In this document: positions 59,864 through 64,000 of the stretch, one piece after another
How the letters are laid out: the number at the start of each line of letters is the position of its first letter
How positions within the stretch are numbered: position 1 is the stretch's first letter
Source: Dimorphilus gyrociliatus
Taxonomy: Eukaryota; Animalia; Annelida
Assembly (NCBI GenBank): GCA_904063045.1
Contig: CAJFCJ010000058.1
Coordinates: forward strand, 15,973 to 79,972
DNA length: 64,000 nucleotides
Direction of reading: 5' to 3'
Notes under the pieces: model-generated
What the model saw: the letters and a program-made list of their open reading frames with translations, nothing else
Told to the model about the DNA's origin: nothing
Databases searched by the model: none
Program-made: the position numbers and the translations under genes

Positions 59864-60070
59864 AGTTACGACAGAAAATGTCCCCAAATGCATGATTTAA
59901 CCCTAACCCTAACCTAGCCCTTGTCGCTCCCTAACCTTTTTGATTACCCCTGACCCTTAGAAGGAACCCCCCTAACTACAAATCAATGGCTACTTCACTC
60001 GCCCTAACCATTTTGCAATCCGAAATGTTGCTTTCAAAAATCTCACTTGGGGACGTTTTCTGTCAGCCCC
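59864..60070. mobile_element. 207-bp MITE with internal TAACCC repeats
   Basis: TIR GACAGAAAA(T/C)GTCCCCAA starting 6 nt in from each end; perfect TSD GTGGAGGAC at 59855-59863 and 60071-60079. Confidence 0.88.
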
Positions 60071-60949
60071 GTGGAGGACACTTATATTCAACCTGTAGGT
60101 ACATCAAGCCTGTCAATAATCAGTCTGGTGGCGATTATACTGCGGCCTTTCATAACTAACTTGAAAAAGAGTCAATAGACCCAAAATATTGTGACTGCTT
60201 TTAATTGGAGATATTGTTATGTTATTGCAATACAGATTCTCTTCACCCTTGTTGAGAATTTGTATCTGGTGTTGGAGATACAGTAATAGCTTAGGCTAGG
60301 AAGAGCTACTTCAGATAGCAATTCCTAAACAGCCACACAAATCTTACCCTAACAAGGTTAGAAGTGTGAGTGCAATTAGGGGGTTACCAATCTGTACTGA
60401 TTGTGCTTATCCCTAACCCCAAGACCTATTCCCTTACCAAAAGGACTAGGTAGTGACTCTGTGCTTAGTAAGAATACCCAGTCTTCTAAAGCTCTTCTCA
60501 TTACTGAAAGAGGATTCCTGAAGTTCTTTCCTTTACTGGGGAAGATGTTGATGCAGATGATGAGGAAGATTATGGGGACATGGAAGATGGAGATAATGAA
60601 TACAAAAGTGTTCCAGAAAAAGACAGTAACCCTGACATAAATCATAGACTCCTAATTAAAAGGTCTGGTGGTAATTGGGAGGTGATGCCTTCTAAGAAAA
60701 AAAAAATTGAATAGATGGCGCCTGTGCAAGGGTGGACATTTTATATTTGTTGTATTTGTTCTATTGTTCAGTATTTTTTATAGACATATTTTTTATGGTG
60801 ATGGGTATATAAATTCATGTTTGTGTCCAGTTTACTTTACTTTACAGCCTGATTAAGACTTGATAAAGTTGAAATATTGTTGTTATTTATTTTAAATAAA
60901 AAGCCTTTTTAAAGAAACTATTGTATTGTTATTTCAACTTGATGAAGAG

Positions 60950-61200
60950 AAGATAGCCTTTACCACAAACAAAAACTCAAACAAAGAACTTGAGCCAGGA
61001 CTAAGAAAACTATGGACAGTACTAAGGTAATTCTTAACCTCTTGTATCAAACTTTGAAAGACCTAAAATATCAAAGGCAAATGACAATAACAAAACAGAA
61101 GAAAATTTTGACATATGGGATGAATATAAATTTGGTCAAATAACAGCATTTGATCTATTGGAAAAAACAGCAAGACCATTCCTGAATACAGTTATTAGCT
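60950..61200 (+). mobile_element. Possible C-terminal remnant of another MULE transposase
   Basis: FDIWDEYKFGQITAFDLLEKTA resembles the C-terminus of the intact copy (FELWKKFEVRELSLDNLLK). Confidence 0.3.
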
Positions 61201-61308
61201 GACGCTCTCTAACCCTTTAAACAACCACCTGATGGTTAAAGAACTGAACTGATAAGCTGGGGAAATACATTTCCTTTTATACATTTGCCAAAGCTTGGGT
61301 TCAAGTGG

Positions 61309-63084
61309 TCAAAGGATTACAAAGTTGAAATCTGATTGTCTCATAATTCTCATGTAACAAAAATATGAAAGACTTGTTATATCACACATATAAAATATTA
61401 TCCTAAGATTAGGGTCACATAATATAATATATAAAATAAAATAGTTACATTTTGCTATAATTTTTGAATTATTTACTAAAAATATTTCATTACCAGGTTT
61501 GTCAATGTAAAGGCCTACAATTTCAATTCTTTTCAATTTCATTACAGTTTGAGTACTACTGTAGGCTTTTAGCAGAACAAATTGTCCTATAACAGGCCTA
61601 TTGCATACAATTGAAGTAGTTGCTTTATTTAATTCTTGAAGAATTTGTGAACATTTTTCATTGGCTGTTAAAGTTTTATTCAGTAAGAAATGTTTATTGA
61701 GTATAAACACTTCTAATTGTTTTGTAAAGATTTTAAAGACAAATATTTCATATATTAGAAATTTTCTATGCAAATCAATTGAGAAATAATGATCTCTGTT
61801 TTGTCTAGAAATATAATATTTTGAAAGATGTGCCTCTTCTAGTGGATACTCTCCATAACTTTTGGCATCTTTGACAGACAGAACAAATACATTGGCATTC
61901 AACACTAAATTATCTATTTATTGATTGGTGTTAATAATGACTAAATATAAATTGTTCTTACTTGTATAAATTTCAATTTCACATATTACCACTTCTGGTT
62001 TTGTATCTATAAATGAAATGTTGACATATTGACTGGGTATCGTAGAATTTTGACACATAAATCTATTTATCTCTTTTGTTGTATTTAAAAAGATATTTGT
62101 AATGCAAGAATTGTTTGTAAAGAGAATATTTTTGGATTTTTGAACAGATATTTCAAGAATTCCAATTTCTAATCTCCTATTTGGTAAATAGATATCTATA
62201 TCTCTTATAGCATAGTCTGTAATTAGGTCAATAAATAGCCAAATTGAAAGAGAATTAATATCTATAGCATTCATTTTGAATAGTTTTGGACAACCGCCTA
62301 GCTGTTCATTTGAATTTTTAATACCATCTACTATATGATTTATATGATAGATCTCTTCTGGATTTGAAATTTCGCTATTATGTTTTATTTCTTTCCTATA
62401 AGCAATATTGTATTTTCCACTAGATTGAATGCCGTGACAATAATTATTATCATTTTTTATTTCATCAGTTGAACTGACACCATTTAAATATTTCTCATAC
62501 CATTTATTAAAATTTTTATCATACCAAAATCTTCCGGAAGAACAGTTTGAATATTTTCTCCAAAGAATGGTTAGACAGTGCTCAACAGTCATCTCTTTAA
62601 ACGAATCGTTATGACACAATTCATTTTCGAATAAATCTACAAAAAGAATATATGATATTTGTTTGAATGTTCTCTTGTTTTTTTTAGAACAAAACATTAT
62701 CTTACCTACAGGAATCATTGTTAAAAGTTCGTCAAAATAATTTCCCTTATATATTTGATAATTGCATTTTGTTTTCATATGGCATCTAGACTGTTTGGTG
62801 GGAAATTGTAGTCCTATTGTCAAACTACCACAGCCCACTGTGTTTTGACACAGTTTGAAACAATCTGAAATTTGTGTTGAAAGAGGTTTACTGTCATCCA
62901 TATCTTCATATTGTATATCATCTCCAAAACAATCAAATGTTGTAGATACGTAATCAACACATAGTGAAAATTGAAGAAAAATGATAAAAGAGAGTTGTTT
63001 TTCATAAATATCTCTTACCCAAACTACAAATCTCTTTGTAATAAGAATAATCGCATTGACAAACTCCATTAATACATTTTCCAT
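61309..63084 (-). CDS. Mosaic lectin-like protein: PAN/apple + WSC-like + two F-type-lectin/F5/8C-like domains; exon limits unresolved
   Basis: CFGDD...SDCFKLCQNTVGC...CHMK (PAN); EMTVEHC (WSC-like); NIAYRK...VDG...IWLFIDL...VICEIEIY and FSIDL...IVCNRPVIGQFV...IEIVG (FTLD-like). Confidence 0.6.
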
Positions 63085-63641
63085 TTGGATATAAACAATC
63101 TTTGTCGAGTTTACAACAAACTGTTAATTTATAAATGCTAAAAATATTCCCATTAGAATAGTTTCAATACCTCTTTTTACCTGTAAAATTTCAATGAAAT
63201 GATAGAATTGTTGTGAAAAAAAGATAGAAACTTTTGCTATTCATTTACAAAAGGTATAAGTAATTTTTGAACAGTCTCTTCAAAACATTACAAATTGCCA
63301 AATGCAATGGTTTATGAAATGTTCAACAATGTTTAATTCAAAAAAGGTGTTAACTTTTCATATCCATTGTTTTCTATTCAAATAGACAATTCATGTTTCA
63401 CAATCTCATACAACTTATAAGTACATATTTAAAATTGTAGAGGGCGCTCGCAGTCTATTCATCAAACTTGAGAATACCTTTTCAATTATACATTTTTTGA
63501 ATTAGAAGATAAAAAATTCAACAAAATAGAGACAGCTGATACTCTTTACTAAAAGTGTCTTTTATGAAATAATCTACAATGACATCCATCATTGAAACAG
63601 CTACATTTTTTACCTTACTTCAGTCCGATGTAAAATTGTAA

Positions 63642-64000
63642 TTACAATAACAAACACGTGGACGATTTTTTCGAATTCGAATTGTTCTGAGATCTGCCTT
63701 GTTCATGTTTCTGCTTCTCTCTATTAAAATATTCTCTTTCTTTTTCATGTCTTTCTTTTTCCAACTCGAATTGCCGTCTTTCATCTTCAATTCTCTTCCT
63801 TTCTTCTTCGATTTCTTTTAATTCTCGTTCTTTATGTCTCTTTTCATTAGACAACTCTTTCTCTGTTCTATCATTATCTTCTTGTGGAAGAATACACTGG
63901 CTTTTTTCGAAATTTATGGCATTTCTATCTGATAGAACTTTTACATCATCCTTCAGGTTAGAATCAAATGGAATACTTTCGGAATCCTCCTTAGAAGCTG
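63642..64000 (-). CDS. 3' end of a gene: E/K/R-rich coiled coil ending in a CaaX box (KKSSTCLLL*)
   Basis: The frame is open from the window end (ASKEDSESIPF...) to the stop at 63642. Confidence 0.6.
   Translation of the reverse strand, partial: ASKEDSESIPFDSNLKDDVKVLSDRNAINFEKSQCILPQEDNDRTEKELSNEKRHKERELKEIEEERKRIEDERRQFELEKERHEKEREYFNREKQKHEQGRSQNNSNSKKSSTCLLL

Overview
AT-rich eukaryotic (invertebrate, probably lophotrochozoan) genomic DNA with short GT-AG introns (about 50-70 nt where I could join exons) mixed with long intronless ORFs. The compact style recalls a small-genome annelid, but I cannot confirm the species. Well-supported genes: an AChBP/nicotinic-receptor-type ligand-binding domain running off the left edge, an innexin, a DHDH-family oxidoreductase, two class A GPCRs and a 1963-codon NACHT-LRR (NLR). 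Also present are a RING-B-box-coiled-coil-LRR protein, an LRR-only protein and several mosaic extracellular genes or pseudogenes (F5/8C, F-type lectin, PAN, SRCR, LDLa, vWA, CASPR-type fibrinogen-like). The window is rich in Mutator-type DNA transposons. One is a near-intact Phantom-like element with foldback TIRs, a 9-bp TSD and an N-terminal PHD/FYVE-like finger. There are also decayed paralogues, a non-autonomous foldback element and a ~207-bp MITE family carrying telomere-like TAACCC repeats, plus BEL/Pao and Tc1 remnants. Best leads: (1) one 57-aa ribonuclease-inhibitor-type LRR module reused behind different effector heads (TRIM E3 head, NACHT, none); (2) the PHD-finger Phantom / telomere-repeat MITE family; (3) a short-Cys-loop AChBP-like gene. 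All domain calls are by-eye motif recognition; no searches were run.
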